Part shown: piece after piece, positions 1 through 14,391 of the stretch
Layout of the letters: each line of letters starts with the position of its first letter
Numbering within the stretch: the stretch's first letter is position 1
Assembly: GCA_964016885.1 (NCBI GenBank)
Contig: OZ024745.1
Span: 82,832,001-82,896,000, forward strand
DNA from: Eledone cirrhosa
Lineage: Eukaryota
DNA: 64,000 nt
Reading direction: 5' to 3'
Made by a program: the position numbers and the translations under genes
The notes under the pieces: model-generated
The model's input: the letters and a program-made list of their open reading frames with translations, nothing else
What the model was told of the DNA's origin: nothing
The model's database searches: none

Positions 1-3000
1 CCATTACAGTGGACAATGTAGTCTTACATAACCCCTTTACCACCATTACAGTGGACAATGTAGTCTTACATAACCCCTTTATCACCATTACAGTGGACAA
101 TGTAGTCTTACATAACCCCTTTACCACCATTACAGTGGACAATGTAGTCTTACATAACCGCTTTACCACCATTACAGTGGACAATGTAGTCTTACATAAC
201 CCCTTTACCACCATTACAGTGGACAATGTAGTCTTACATAACCCCTTTACCACCATTACAGTGGACAATGTAGCCTTACATAACCCCTTTACCACCATTA
301 AAGTGGACAATGTAGTCTTACATAACCCCTTTACCACCATTACATTGGACAATTATGTCTTACATAGTCCCTTTACCACCATTACAGTGGACAGTGTAGC
401 CTTACATAACCCCTTTACCACCATTACAGTTGACAGTGTAGCCTTACATAACCCCTTTACCACCATTACAGTGGACAGTGTAGCCTTACATAACCCCTTT
501 ACCACCAATACAGTGGACAATGCAGTCTTACATAACCCCTTTACCACCATTACAGTGGACAATTTTGTCTTACATAACCCCTTTACCACCATTACAGTGC
601 ACAGTGTAGCCTTACATAACCCCTTTACCACCATTACAGTGGACAGTGTAGCCTTACATAACCCCTTTACCACCATTACAGTGGACAATGTAGTCTTACA
701 TAACCCCTTTACCACCATTACAGTGGACAATTTTGTCTTACATAACCATTTTACAACCATTACAGTAGACAATGTAGCCTTACATAACCCCTTTACAACC
801 ATTACAGTGGACAGTGTAGCCTTACATAACCCCTTTACCACCATTACAGTTGACAATGTAGTCTTACATAACCCCTTTACCACCATTACAGTTGACAATG
901 TAATCTTACATAACCCCTTTACCACCATTACAGTGGACAGTGTAGCCTTACATAACCCCTTTACCACCATTACAGTGGACAGTGTAGCCTTACATAACGC
1001 CTCTACCACCATTACAGTGGGTAATGTAGTCTTACATAACCCCTTTACCACCATTACAGTGGACAATGTAGTCTTACATAACCCCTCTACCACCATTACA
1101 GTGGACAATGTAGTCTTACATAACCCCTTTACCACCATTACAGTTGACAATGTAGTCTTACATAACCCCTTTACCACCATTACAGTGGACAATGTAGCCT
1201 TACATAAACCCTTTACAACCATTACAGTGGACAGTGTAGCCTTACATAACCCCTTTACCACCATTACAGTGGACACTGTAGTGTTACATAACACCTTTAC
1301 CACCATTACAGTTGACAATGTAGTCTTACATAACCCCTTTACCACCATTACAGTGGACAATGTAGTCTTACATAACCCCTTTACCACCATTACAGTTGAC
1401 AATGTAGTCTTACATAACCCCTTTACCACCATTTCAGTTGACAATGTAATCTTACATAACCCCTTTACCACCATTACAGTGGACAGTGTAGCCTTACATA
1501 ACCCCTTTACCACCATTACAGTGGACAGTGTAGCCTTACATAACCCCTCTACCACCATTACAGTGGGTAATGTAGTCTTACATAACCCCTTTACCACCAT
1601 TACAGTGGACACTGTATTCTTACATAACCCCTCTACCACCATTACAGTGGACAATGTAGTCTTACATTACCCCTTTACCACCATTACAGTAGACAATGTA
1701 GCCTTACATAACCCCTTTACAACCATTACAGTGGACAGTGTAGCCTTACATAACCCCTTTACCACGATTACAGTGGACAATGTGGTCTTACATAACCCCT
1801 TTACCACGATTACAGTGGACAATGTGGTCTTACATAACCCCTTTACCACCATTACAGTTGACAATGTAGTCTTACATAACCCCTTTACCACCATTACAGT
1901 TGACAATGTAATCTTACATAACCCCTTTACCACCATTACAGTGGACAGTGTAGCCTTACATAACCCCTCTACCACCATTACAGTGGGTAATGTAGTCTTA
2001 CATAACCCCTTTACCACCATTACAGTGGACAATGTAGTCTTACATAACCCTTTTACCACCATTACAGTGGACAATGTAGTCTTACATAACCCCTTTACCA
2101 CCATTACAGTTGACAATGTAGTCTTACATAACCCCTTTACCGCCATTACAGTGGACAATGTAGTCTTACATAACCCATTTACCACCATTACAGTGGACAA
2201 TGTAGCCTTACATAACCCCTTTACCACCATTACAGTTGACAATGTAGTCTTACATAACCCCTTTACCACCATTACAGTTGACAATGTAATCTTACAGAAC
2301 CCCTTTACCACCATTACAGTGGACAGTGTAGCCTTACATAATCCCTTTACCACCATTAAAGTGGACAATGTAGTCTTACATAACCCCTCTACCACCATTA
2401 CAGTGGGTAATGTAGTCTTACATAACCCCTTTACCACCATTAAAGTGGACAATGTAGTCTTACATAACCCCTTTACCACCATTACAGTGGACAATGTAGT
2501 CTTACATAACCCATTTACCACCATTACAGTGGACAATGTAGTCTTACATAACCCCTTTACCACCATTACAGTGGACAATGTAGTCTTACATAACCCCTTT
2601 ATCACCATTACAGTGGACAATGTAGTCTTACATAACCCCTTTACCACCATTACAGTGGACAATGTAGTCTTACATAACCCCTTTACCACCATTACAGTGG
2701 ACAATGTAGTCTTACATATCCCCTTTACCACCATTACAGTGGACAATGTAGTCTTACATAACCCCTTTACCACCATTACAGTGGAAAATGTAGTCTTACA
2801 TAACCCCTTTACCACCATTACAGTGGACAATGTAGCCTTACATAACCCCTTTACCACCATTACAGTGGACAATTTTGTCTTACATAACCCCTTTACAACC
2901 ATTACAGTGGACAATTTTGTCTTACATAGCCCCTTTACCACCATTACAGTGGACAGTGTAGCCTTACATAACCCCTTTACCACCATTACAGTGGACAGTG

Positions 3001-4771
3001 TAGCCTTACATAACCCCTTTACCACCATTACAGTGGACAATGTAGTCTTACATAACCCCTTTACCACCATTACAGTGGACAATGTAGTCTTACATAACCC
3101 CTTTACCACCATTACAGTGGACAATGTAGACTTACATAACCCCTTTACCACCATTACAGTGGACAATGTAGTCTTACATAACCCCTTTACCACCATTACA
3201 GTGGACAATGTAGCCTTACATAACCCCTTTACCACCATTACAGTGGACAATGTAGTCTTACATAACCCCTTTACCACCATTACAGTGGACAATTTTGTCT
3301 TACATAACCCCTTTACAACCATTACAGTAGACAATGTAGCCTTACATAACCCCTTTACAACCATTACAGTGGACAGTGTAGCCTTACATAACCCCTTTAC
3401 CACCAGTACAGTGGACAATGTAGTCTTACATAACCCCTTTACCACCATTACAGTGGACAATGTAGCCTTACATAACCCCTTTACCACCATTACAGTGGAC
3501 AGTGTAGCCTTACATAACCCCTTTACCACCATTACAGTGGACAATGTAGTCTTACATAACCCCTTTACCACCATTACAGTTGACAATGTAGTCTTACATA
3601 ACCCCTTTACCACCATTACAGTTGACAATGTAATCTTACATAACCCCTTTACCACCATTACAGTGGACAGTGTAGCCTTACATAACCCCTCTACCACCAT
3701 TACAGTGGGTAATGTAGTCTTACATAACCCCTTTACCACCATTACAGTGGACAATGTAGTCTTACATAACCCCTCTACCACCATTACAGTGGACAATGTA
3801 GTCTTACATAACCCCTTTACCACCACTACAGTGGACAATGTAGTCTTACATAACCCCTTTACCACCATTACAGTGGACAATGTAGCCTTACATAACCCCT
3901 TTACAACCATTACAGTGGACAGTGTAGCCTTACATAACCCCTTTACCACCATTACAGTGGACAATGTAGTCTTACATAACCCCTTAACCACCATTACAGT
4001 TGACAATGTAGTCTTACATAACCCCTTTACCACCATTACAGTGGACAGTGTAGCCTTACATAACCCCTTTACCACCATTACAGTGGACAGTGTAGCCTTA
4101 CATAACCCCTTTACCACCATTACAGTGGACAATGTAGTCTTACATAACCCCTTTACCACCATTACAGTGGACAATGTAATCTTACGTAACCCATTTACCA
4201 CCATTACAGTGGCCAATGTAGTCTTACATAACCCCTTTACCACCATTACAGTGGACAATGTAGCCTTACATAACCCCTTTACCACCATTATAGTGGACAA
4301 TGTAGTCTTACATAACCCCTTTACCACCATTACAGTGGGTAATGTAGTCTTACATAACCCCTTTACCACCATTACAGTGGACAATGTAGTCTTACATAAC
4401 CCCTCTACCACCATTACAGTGGACAATGTAGTCTTACATAACCCCTTTACCACCATTACAGTGGACAATGTAGTCTTACATAACCCCTTTACCACCATTA
4501 CAGTGGACAATGTAGTCTTACATAACCCCTTTACCACCATTACAGTTGACAATGTAGTCTTACATAACCCCTTTACCACCATTACAGTGGACAATGTAGT
4601 CTTACATAACCCCTTTATCACCATTACAGTGGACATTGTAGTCTTACATAACCCCTTTACCACCATTACAGTGGACAATGTAGTCTTACATAACCCCTTT
4701 ACCACCATTACAGTGGACAATGTAGCCTTACATAACCCCTTTACCACCATTACAGTGGACAATGTAGCCTT
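1..4771. repeat. 42-bp minisatellite, about 113 copies, consensus CCATTACAGTGGACAATGTAGTCTTACATAACCCCTTTACCA (runs off the window start)
   Basis: Direct tandem periodicity of 42 nt (14-aa period in the ORF track); substitutions only, no indels seen. Confidence 0.98.
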
Positions 4772-4825
4772 GTAGTCTTACATATTCTCACCACGACCAC
4801 CACCACACACAAAGACAAACCCGCC

Positions 4826-4934
4826 AGCGCTGCGAATTGGATAGATCGATTCATTTTGGCCTTCTGCACAGAGTTCAAATCCTGCTGGCGTCAACTTTGC
4901 CTTTAATCCTTTCGAGGTCGATAAAAAAAAAAAA
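4826..4934 (+). mobile_element. Degenerate tRNA-derived SINE fragment
   Basis: gagttcaaatcc B-box followed by the family core gtcaactttgcctttaatcctttcgaggtcgataaaa. Confidence 0.7.
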
Positions 4935-5534
4935 CTTCCAATACAGTCCAATTCAGGCGTCGTTCCTTCCACTATATCTGATTTCCACTTCTTTTCTATC
5001 ACTCTCATTCCTTCTCTGGAAGAAATAGGCTGTGTTCAGACATGGAGAAGGATGGGGGTCACCAGGTTTATAAAATGTCACAAAAATGATATGTGACATT
5101 ACGGTGTCCTTACAACTTCATCAGGAGTTATGGGTACATACATACTCATAACTCTCCACCACTATAAAATTGGGTAATGCAGTTTTATATCCGCCGCCCC
5201 CAACTACCAAATAATATTAAACATGATGCCTGCAGCACTTTTGGTTATAGGTGTGTTGAATGACGTCTAAAAGAACAACTGTCACTCGAAAATTGCCAGT
5301 GTTCGCCTATTTATCACTGAATATATTGTGAATAATAATATACCGGGGTATGTGTAATCAATTCTACCCAGCATGTCTATATCCCAATGATTGAAATGAG
5401 AAAAAATTTCAAATGCATCACTAGATTTAGGTTGACCCAAAGCTAGGGTAAATATCTCCATTCTAAGATGCAATATCATGAGATCGAATACGAAATATCA
5501 ATGCTGCTTTTATGGTTTGAACGTAAGCGCGCGC

Positions 5535-5565
<31 letters not shown>

Positions 5566-5849
5566 GGTGTACTTTATATAAAACACTTTTTAAACAGATT
5601 CTGGCTACCAAATTTCTTTCACAAGGCATTGATCAACTAGAAGCTTACTAACCACATAACTATGCTTGAGTTGTATGTAAAACATGCAACAGGTATAATA
5701 TACAATCACGAGGAGTGATAGGCTTTTACGCACTAGAATTATGCTAGTTATTATAGTGTTCCAGCCGCAAGTGACACTTCAGTAACTGGAACTATGAAAT
5801 AAAACGTCCAAACGCACTGATCCCTTTATTTTGATATTACTCGTATAAG

Positions 5850-6045
5850 ATTGGCAGAATTGGTAGAGCGTTGGTAGAAATGTGTAATTTCGTTGTTTCT
5901 CTGGCTCAAATCCCAGCGATGTCAATTTTACCTTTTATCATTCTGGGATCGATAAAATAAAATTACACTTGTGTACTGGGGTTGATTTAATCAACTTTGC
6001 CTTCACCCAAGTTTGCTGGCCTTATGCATAAATTAGAAATCAATA
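5850..6045 (+). mobile_element. tRNA-derived SINE, older copy
   Basis: ttggcagaattggtagagcg head, core ...gatcgataaaataaa, tail ttgctggccttatgc..aaattagaaa. Confidence 0.75.
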
Positions 6046-6659
6046 TTTTACGTATATCAAGGAATACATTATCCAATATTTCCTTCTTTGTTTAAGTTGA
6101 TAGCTTCTTATTTTAAGAAGAGCTGGTAACTATTTCTAGAAAGACAAGCGACTACATACCTCGCTGGCATTTGTCGAATTAGCAAGCATTTGTCGAATTT
6201 TAGTAAATAGTTAGATGGAGCGAATAATGGAATGGCTCTAATAATTATGTAATTACGAAGAAAACAATATTCTGACAGATTTCCTATTAACTGTCAGTTC
6301 TTAAATGATATGGGATAGATTATGAAATTCTTTGAAATATGTCGACATATAGCACTCTAAATAGCATAAACTGTCATATAGATATTCGAGAAATGGTTTT
6401 GTAAATTACTTCTTTTTTTGACATATCAAATCAAAATTATTAGCAAAGTAAATGGCACAGGCTAAGAATATTGTTGGAGAGTCATAACTCTGGTTTTGAT
6501 AACAACCGACTTGTCACTGAACATTCTTACGTCATTCTCGAGGGGAGCCATCATATTTATATATTAATACTTGCATAGATATATAAATATACGTTTATAT
6601 ATACAAAACATATATCGGCATTTATACACACACACGCGCACATACATACACACATGCAC

Positions 6660-7268
6660 ATGGTGGTTGTCAACTCGTTTTCGAGTACGGCCACTACTTT
6701 ATATCCATGTAGGAGAACCCCTACCGATGCGCTGAACGAGTGTGATTTTTAGTTCAGCCAGCGACTTGAAAACTCTGGTACAAACACTACATTTGTGACA
6801 ATTATTGACACATAGTGCTGGGCCCATGGTACCATGTGACGACAAGTGCAGAGAGATCTCCAGATATAAAGCAATGCCTGTGCTGTGAAGCTGTTATAGT
6901 GAGCAAAGGCACTGCACAAATCCAGTCCCACTCTCTTAACCAAGATGATATTTACCAAAAAGAAAAACAAGTCAACATCATTGGATACCATCAGGGTTGC
7001 AGGTGTTATATCAGAGTTTTCCTTCTCCTAGAATTCTGCCTTGACAAAGGCTAAGGGGTCATCTCTCCCGGTGATTCTGGATGGCCATTGACTCTTAAGA
7101 GCTCCTTTGCTTTTTTGACAGGTTTTGTTTTTAGTCCTGCAGGATGTCCAAAGTCACCCTTCTCACCAAGAAACCTTGGTGGGTTACCAGTTTAGTCGCC
7201 AACGACCCGACCATGAGACAGGTTGTACTGGGAAACATGTTACCAGTAGCACCAACTGGTGACCTGAC
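6660..7268 (-). mobile_element. RTE-clade LINE 5' region (non-coding fragment)
   Basis: Minus strand has the ctaggagaaggaaaactctg motif typical of RTE 5' UTRs; close inverted copy at 27540-27995 and a related head at 51632-51830; abuts (CATA)n. Confidence 0.6.
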
Positions 7269-7346
7269 ATACATACATACATGCATACATACATGCATAC
7301 ATACATGCATACATACATGCATACATACATGCATACATACATACAT

Positions 7347-8376
7347 AGGAGCAAGTTAAGACTGATAAGATACATTACCAGAAGGGCATCTTTCAGGGTG
7401 ATAGCTTGTCAGTGCTACTCTTCGTTCTCTCACTAAATCCACTATATTACCTACTCAGGAAACAAGGTGGACAAAGAAGTGGGTCCAGAAGTTTCTCCCA
7501 TCTTTCTTTGTTAATGACCTGAAGTTGTATGGGCCAAATATCAATGACATCAAGAAACAATTGGACCTCATTACACAATTTTGAACAGACATCAAAATGA
7601 AATTTGGTGAGTCCAAGTGTGCATATTTGGCAGTAAAACGTGGAAAAGCTGTGCCCTCCTCTAGAAATCTAGAGATGAACGGCCTGACAATACAACGTCT
7701 ACAGTCAGGTAACAACTACAGATATCTTGGACAGGATGAGAATGTCAGATATGATGGACCCATAAATAAGGAGAGAACCAGAACTGAATACCTCAGAAGA
7801 GTAAAGAAAATATGGTCATCAGAACTGTCAGCGTACAACAAATACATTGCCCACAATACTTATGCTGTGCTAATTCTAACGCCAACATTTGGGCTGCTGA
7901 ACTGGGCATTGCAAGAACTAAGTGAGATGGATGTTAGAACTCGCAAACTTCTCAGTGTTACTGGTAACTTTAACATCAATGGTGATGTGGATATGCTATA
8001 CTTCTCACGCAAGGAAGGTGGCCGGGGTCTAAAATCCATATTAACAACATATGAGACCCGGATAGTAACACTGAAGCAACACCTTCAACAGAGGAAAAAG
8101 GTTGGCAACCAACTTGCCCAGGTTTATGAGCATGAAAAAAAAAATCATTAGAATAGCCACTGATCTGGAGGAGAGATATGGAATAAAGCCTGATATAAAT
8201 CTCTCACCCAGAGAAATCGGAAGATCCTATTCAATGTTCAAACAAGATGAAAAAAATTGACCAATTTACAGAAAAAGTTGTGCATGGATACTTGAGACGT
8301 AAAACACAGACCATAGAGGGGATAAAACAATCAAGAAGCCTGGCATGGAGTTCCGACAAGTTTATGACATTACACC
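7347..8376 (+). mobile_element. R4/Dong-clade LINE RT fragment (pseudogenised)
   Basis: GIFQGDSLSVLLF, YRYLG and RKEGGRGL motifs; nearly identical to the inverse of 29030-30027; internal stops and frameshifts. Confidence 0.9.
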
Positions 8377-8539
8377 TTGTAGTATTTGTTTCACCACTTT
8401 GTATTCTGGGTTGTAATTCCACCCAGGCGTTCAAATCCTTTCGATGGCCATGGCTAATCCCCTGAAAACGGGACCACGACGGATTGTGAAAGCTGATAAA
8501 AGGGGATTGAAACTGTGGTCGATGACGATAATTTTAATA

Positions 8540-8685
8540 AATTAGGCACAAGAGCCAGCAATTTTGGGGAAAGAGCAAAGTTGATTAAATCAAACTCATA
8601 CTTGGCAAGTAGTTTATCTTATCAATGTGGAACGATGAAAGGAAATGTTGACTTCGGCGATATTTGAACTCAGAACGTAAAGATC
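8540..8685 (-). mobile_element. Degenerate SINE
   Basis: aggcacaag..ccagcaatttt ... gttgacttcggcgatatttgaactcagaacgta = reverse complement of the SINE consensus. Confidence 0.65.
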
Positions 8686-10104
8686 CACTACCCTAAATAT
8701 ATTAATAATATTAAAAAATAAAACTTAGATGTCTATAAATGCTTAGCTGCTTATAGTATAAAACTTAGATGCTTATGAAATAAATAATGAATTCTTTTTC
8801 AATGAAACATTGATTGTGGTGAGTAATAAATATACATATTCCAACATTTACCTCTATTTTTTGTTTGTATTGGTTAATAATTCTCTCCCGAGCCTTAGAA
8901 GATTATCAGATTAGTGTTACTGTTAGAATATAAATACCAAGAGAAATTGTTATTGTTGTTGTTTAGTTAAATGTCAGACCTGGTTAAGCAGACCTATCAC
9001 CTAAATTATTCCAATCAAAGCTAGTCCGTCTTTATGAGTACCAGTAACATTCTATAAACTATCCTTATTTGAGGAAGAATTGGCTTCTATTTCTAGCAGG
9101 TCGAGAGATCTGCTGTGAGTACAAGAAAATTACACGGGATGTGCCATATGTCTATGAATGTGGACTGGGGATCCATGCAGAGGACAATGTAAATATGAAT
9201 CGATTGTTTAACTCTTTCGTTGCATTCAGTTTAGATTTTGCACAGAGAACCCAAATAATGTACAGGTGTACAAGAAGATTTTATCATTAAGAAACAGATG
9301 AAAGATTGATGACTATTTTAAAGCATTTAGTTATGTTCTTCGACAGGATGACTTTCCATGTGTGTAAATAAAAAGGTAGAACAAAAATCATCACTGGATG
9401 CACAAAATAGAGGGAATTCATAATCAAATCTTTCGCCTAAAATGTCATTGTATCAGACTTTTTATATTATTCCGAATTATGAATGAATGCTTTCGAGATA
9501 TTTCCTTAGAATTGGTTATGCATAATATTCAGATGTTCGTAAAATATCGATATGTTCGATACTGATTAGCTGAGAACAGTAAAGTGGTTCATTAAATTAG
9601 GAAGATAATCCTAACATTTTGAAACAGATATATATATAGAGAATTAAATGGAAAGAATCGCATATATTGTAAATATAAAAATTGCATTGCATATAGTTTC
9701 TGGCATATAAACACTAAGCTTAACATTTGATGGAGAGGATGAAGAGAGTTGAATGGAGAAAAAAGTGGAAAAGTACATTTTAAATCACGTATGACACTAT
9801 CATGGAGAAAATGCGATGCAAATGCTCACATTAGGGAAGACATTTTCCCCAAAATGCTCCTATTATCCTCTAGCGTATACATCTTTTACAGTTGCCGTGT
9901 CAGCCAAATGACAAGTATTTCCTATTAGGTTGAGATGTTACATCCATTCGCATGACATATCCAATTTTTCAAATTTACGGGGAAAGCACTCCATTAAACT
10001 GGATGCAGAATCCCCCCTCTTTCTCTTTTTCTCGCACACACGTACACACACACTTAAAATAAGCATATATACATATATGCAAGCATACATACATCCTAAA
10101 GTCA

Positions 10105-11480
10105 ACCTGGTCATTCCAAGAATTGAGATGGATATAAGCACTCGCAAGCTGCTCAGTGTAAACAGGAAGTTTTAATATTAATGGTGATGTGGATAGACGA
10201 TATTTCCCACGAAAGGCGGGCGGCCGGGGCCTAAAATCCATATTAACATCATGCAAGACCCGGATAATAACACTGAAGAAACACCATCGACAGAAGAAAA
10301 AGGTCAACAACCATCTTGCCCAGATTTATGAACATGGAAATAATTGTTTCTACTTTAGGCACAAGGCCAGCAATCACCAGTTCATTACTGGTACTTTATT
10401 TTATCGACCCCGTAAGAATGAAAGGCAAAGTCAACCTCGGCGGGATTTGAACTCAGATCGTAAAGGGACGTAACTATGCTGGAAAGCATGGCGTCCGACC
10501 CTCTACCGATACTGCCAATCCACGGCCATATGTATGTATGAACATGGAAATAATATTGTCAGGATAGTCACTGATCTAGAAGAGACACATGAAATAGAAC
10601 CTGATATAAATTTCTCTCCTAGGGACATTGGAACATAAAAGTAAATGGACCAATTCCCTGAGAAGGTTGTACTTCAGATGAAAAACACAGATCATAAAAG
10701 GGATAAACCATACTGACATGGAGTTCCGACAAGTTCATAACATTCTAACTTGAAAGATATCTCCTTGCAATCCAGGAACAAGAAATCCACACCAAATATC
10801 TACTGCACAAAAGATGAAGGTCAACAGTTGACAATAGATATAAGCTGTGCAAAACAAAAATTGAAAACGTTAGCCATATTATTGTCGCCTGTGAAAGAAT
10901 GTCTCCTCGTTACTACTTCCCAATGAATCATGATATGATAGCTAGAATGATCTGGAACGTATGTCATAAGTCAAAAATCAAATCAACTAGGGAGGAATAT
11001 GTTGAGACTGATTACTCAAAGGAATACTGGTGGAACCTAAAAATAAAAAAATGCCACCAACTTAAAGCACAACCAACCCGATATTGTTGTTTAGGAGCAC
11101 ACAGTAAATCATGCCCTGTTGTAGATGTCAGCTGCGCACTAGATGTCAATGTGGTAAGAGATATGCAACAGAATGAGAATATCAATTGACCATTGATGAT
11201 GAGTTTGCAGATTCGGTACCCAGATTCGTCATTATTCGAGCTACAGGTTATATACTAGTCCGCCTGGACAAACGTATAACTGAGCTTGGATTTGTGAGGA
11301 AAGAACGTTGCTCCTTAATTCATAAGCTACTGTATGGTCGTAATATGTGGAACCTTCAAAATATGTAAAACATTCTTACGATTCAACGGATGAACGGTTA
11401 CACAAGAGACAGCGACAATTTACAACTTTGCCACCGGAAAGGAGGCCGGTCATACTAAAAATTAAGAGAAAGAGAGCACA
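10105..11480 (+). mobile_element. Older R4/Dong LINE 3' half (end of RT, CCHC knuckle, RLE nuclease remnants), interrupted by a SINE
   Basis: RKAGGRGLKSI, HDMIARMIWN, KEYWWNLKIK and VVDVSCALD; 3' end aattaagagaaagaga matches the 28270 element. Confidence 0.85.
10342..10528 (-). mobile_element. Young tRNA-derived SINE nested in the Dong LINE, with target-site duplication
   Basis: Near-identical to 19553-19745; flanked by the direct repeat tatgaacatggaaataat (about 10328-10345 and 10537-10554). Confidence 0.9.
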
Positions 11481-12359
11481 TAGACACATGTATACAAATA
11501 CACACACATACTTTAGAATTAACAATATAGAACTGACGAGATTCCACAAAGAATTTAAACTTCACTCTTTGGTTCTTGGGGTTTTGTGTTTCCTTCGAAC
11601 AAAGATATAGCTTCACAGTGAGTTAAAATAATTTTCATATACTAGGAGGGGAACGTATTTTATTTTAGAAATCTGCTAAAACTAAAGAAATAAAAAAGGT
11701 TAATGTACCCAGCTTATGAATTGTAAAAAGCGAAATTAATTTAGATTGAGGAGGACGGATGAAAATCTTTGGATCCTAGACTGCAAAAGATTACTATTTC
11801 AGTGAGCTTTATAAAGTTGGGTTGGCTGTTGTAGCAGGTGTCTGGCCATTCTTCGCAGTAACACCTTTGCCATTTTGTCGGCATTGCGCGGCTGAGACAC
11901 CGCTAAGACTGGAGGGTAGTGTTTGTCTCTTTATCTCCCTTTCTTTCGTTGCTTTATATTTTTTCTTCTTTTAATTTTTTTCTTTCTTTTTTGTTCCCTT
12001 TAATAGCATCTTTTATTTTTGTATAAACAGCTTTCTAAAATAAAAGGTTCATCATGTCCTGAATCTCACAAAAATGAAAATTATAAACAAGACGAGGAAA
12101 TGAAATATTAGACACACTGTTTCGAACATATTCTAAGACGTGAGGCATGATAATACTGACAGAAAAAAAGAAATATATGTGAAATATTGAGATTTTGCGG
12201 AATGTGAGAAAGTTGACATAAAATCACTGTAACTCTAGCAGAAGAATCAGAAATGAATACAACCCGGGAAAAGGCAACATATTGTAGACTGTTGGTGAGA
12301 GTAGTCTTATCTATCACACGAATTTTCTATTTTAGAGCATGGCTTCCAAAATATTTTCC

Positions 12360-12500
12360 GAATTGGTGAATTGACAGAGTAGTTAGGGCGTTGTATCAAA
12401 TGCCTCAACATTTATTCTAGCTCATTGCATGCTGAGTTCAAATCTCAACGAAGTCAACTTTGCTTTTCATCCTTTCGTAGTCGTCAAAATACCAATCCAG
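12360..12500 (+). mobile_element. Degenerate SINE
   Basis: ctgagttcaaatctc..gaagtcaactttgcttttcatcctttcgtagtcg core. Confidence 0.65.
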
Positions 12501-13259
12501 GGGTGGTGGTTTGGTGGAATTGTCAAAGCGCCAGGCGAGATGTTTTGCAGTATATGATCCAGCTTCTGAGTTAGAATCCTACCTATTTCTTCCAGGCGCT
12601 ACGACCGATAGATATTATCAGTAATGGAACAATTAATGAAATCATTGTGTCCGTGGTTTAATCTGAAAATCGTCTTTTCTTCGGTGTTTTTTAAAGTGCA
12701 TTTGCCTAGTATGTGGTTAATGTACCCAAAATAATTAGCTATTCCGCAATACATACTAGATGTGTTTTGATTCCTATGGAGTCAGCAAAATTTCCTGGCA
12801 CAGAAAATAAAACCTAGCAATGGTAAATTAACTTCGACAATGATAAATAAGTGTGGTAGATTGAAGTTTGTCACGATAGAGATCCAACCGGACCTATTGG
12901 AGATGGTTACTTCTTATAGGACTCTTTGAAAAGTGTGTCTGAGGACTTTGCCCTCTTGATCTTCCTAAGGAATAAGTGGGCGAAAAAGACCTTTATTTAG
13001 TTTATGATGATGCAGGGCTAGTTGTCATGCTTTCTTCGGGATAGTCAGTTTCTATTCTGCTGTATTATATTACTTGAGTAGTTGTACTTACTTATGTATG
13101 TTTATTGCAATATGGTGAAGTTAGTTATGGGGTGTATATTCTTGTGACAATAGCGTGAAAGTGAATGTTGTTATAGTGGGGGTGAGTTGCTCATTATTGT
13201 AGAAGAAGAGCGAGGAGACAACTAAATTCAGAATTAGACTTGAATGTTTAAAGTTTGAG

Positions 13260-13455
13260 ATATGGTTTAATTCAAGCATGAGACCAATATATTTTGAATA
13301 AGGGGGAAAGTGGATTATATCGATCCCAATGTTTGTTTGGTAATTTATTTTATGGAGTCAGAAATGATGAAACGCAAAGTGAATGGTGACGGAAGTTGAA
13401 CTTATAATCAACGGCTGGTAGCTAAATACCGCAAAACATTTTGTCCGACGCTCCG
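13260..13455 (-). mobile_element. Degenerate SINE
   Basis: Reverse complement of the SINE core and head (gatgaaacgcaaagt ... ttttgtccgacgctc). Confidence 0.55.
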
Positions 13456-13649
13456 ATGAAGCTATAATGTTAACAGTCTATGTAAATTAAGATGAATGGT
13501 GTAATAGATAAATTCTCTTCTCCTGTATACTTCAAACATCGTGACACAGAAACATAACAATATGAGGTGTGTGTGCCCCCCCCCCCCCCTCGAAAGGAAC
13601 TGATGTTATATTTAAATATATATTAAACGCATATAAAATTACAAATAAT

Positions 13650-14391
13650 CTTTCAAAGTACAACTCCTGGGAAGTCACACAGGGGTTCCAACATTTTTTC
13701 CATTGAAATGATTACCTCATCACTCTGGATGTGCCTATGAGGTCTTTCTCCAGACGAGGAGAATTTTTCGTGTGCCACTTCTCACTTTACCGTTTTGTCT
13801 GTATCGTACACAGACAACCATGATTCATCTCCTGTTATTACTTCATTCAAGATATTTACCTCAATTTTGAGTCTTTCTAGCAAATCATGACAAATTTCGA
13901 ACCGGTTCGTTTTTGAGCTCTAGTTTCGCACGAATTTTCCGTATGGTCTGTTAAAATTCTGTGAACTGCATTTTTATCCAAGTCTGTTTCTTCTGCAATC
14001 ATTCTAACACTTTAATCGGCGATCTTTCGTGTTCATCGCTCAAATCACTTACACATTTTGTTCATTTGTTGACGAGATTGGCTCTCTTTGAATACTTTGT
14101 AATTGCATTTCCATAAGCTTGAGCTAAATAATTAAATGTTTTGGAGGTAGATTTGTTGATTTTCACACAAAATTTGATCGCGTACCGTTGTTCGATGTTT
14201 TCTTGCATCGTAAACCTAGCAACAGTTATCAATACGCCTGTACATAAACAGCAATAACTCATGACTAAATAGATCACGTTGCAATAAGTATGTACGTGCA
14301 GCCAAGGTCATAACCAACACGCCTGTATACATCGAGGCACTGCCTTGCCATGTAGTAATAGGAAAATCAGTAACCTGGATCAAACCGTATA
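13650..14391 (-). mobile_element. Mariner (Tc1/mariner) DNA transposon relic with 5' terminus
   Basis: Minus ORF MQENIEQRYAIKFCVKINKS..YLAQAYG resembles the mariner transposase N-terminal HTH; candidate TIR TACGGTTTGATCC.. next to TA near 14390. Confidence 0.75.

Noticed and set aside
1-4771. CRISPR array
   Set aside because: No unique spacers, no cas genes, eukaryotic context
9-4775. 1588-aa ORF (and antisense ORFs) as a real repeat protein
   Set aside because: The unit is a multiple of 3 and only one codon (TTA) is a single step from a stop. Common variants are mostly non-synonymous, so an open frame is expected without selection.
7582-7584. TGA in Dong RT as a recoded codon
   Set aside because: Not at a Cys position; copies have other frameshifts and a broken catalytic motif
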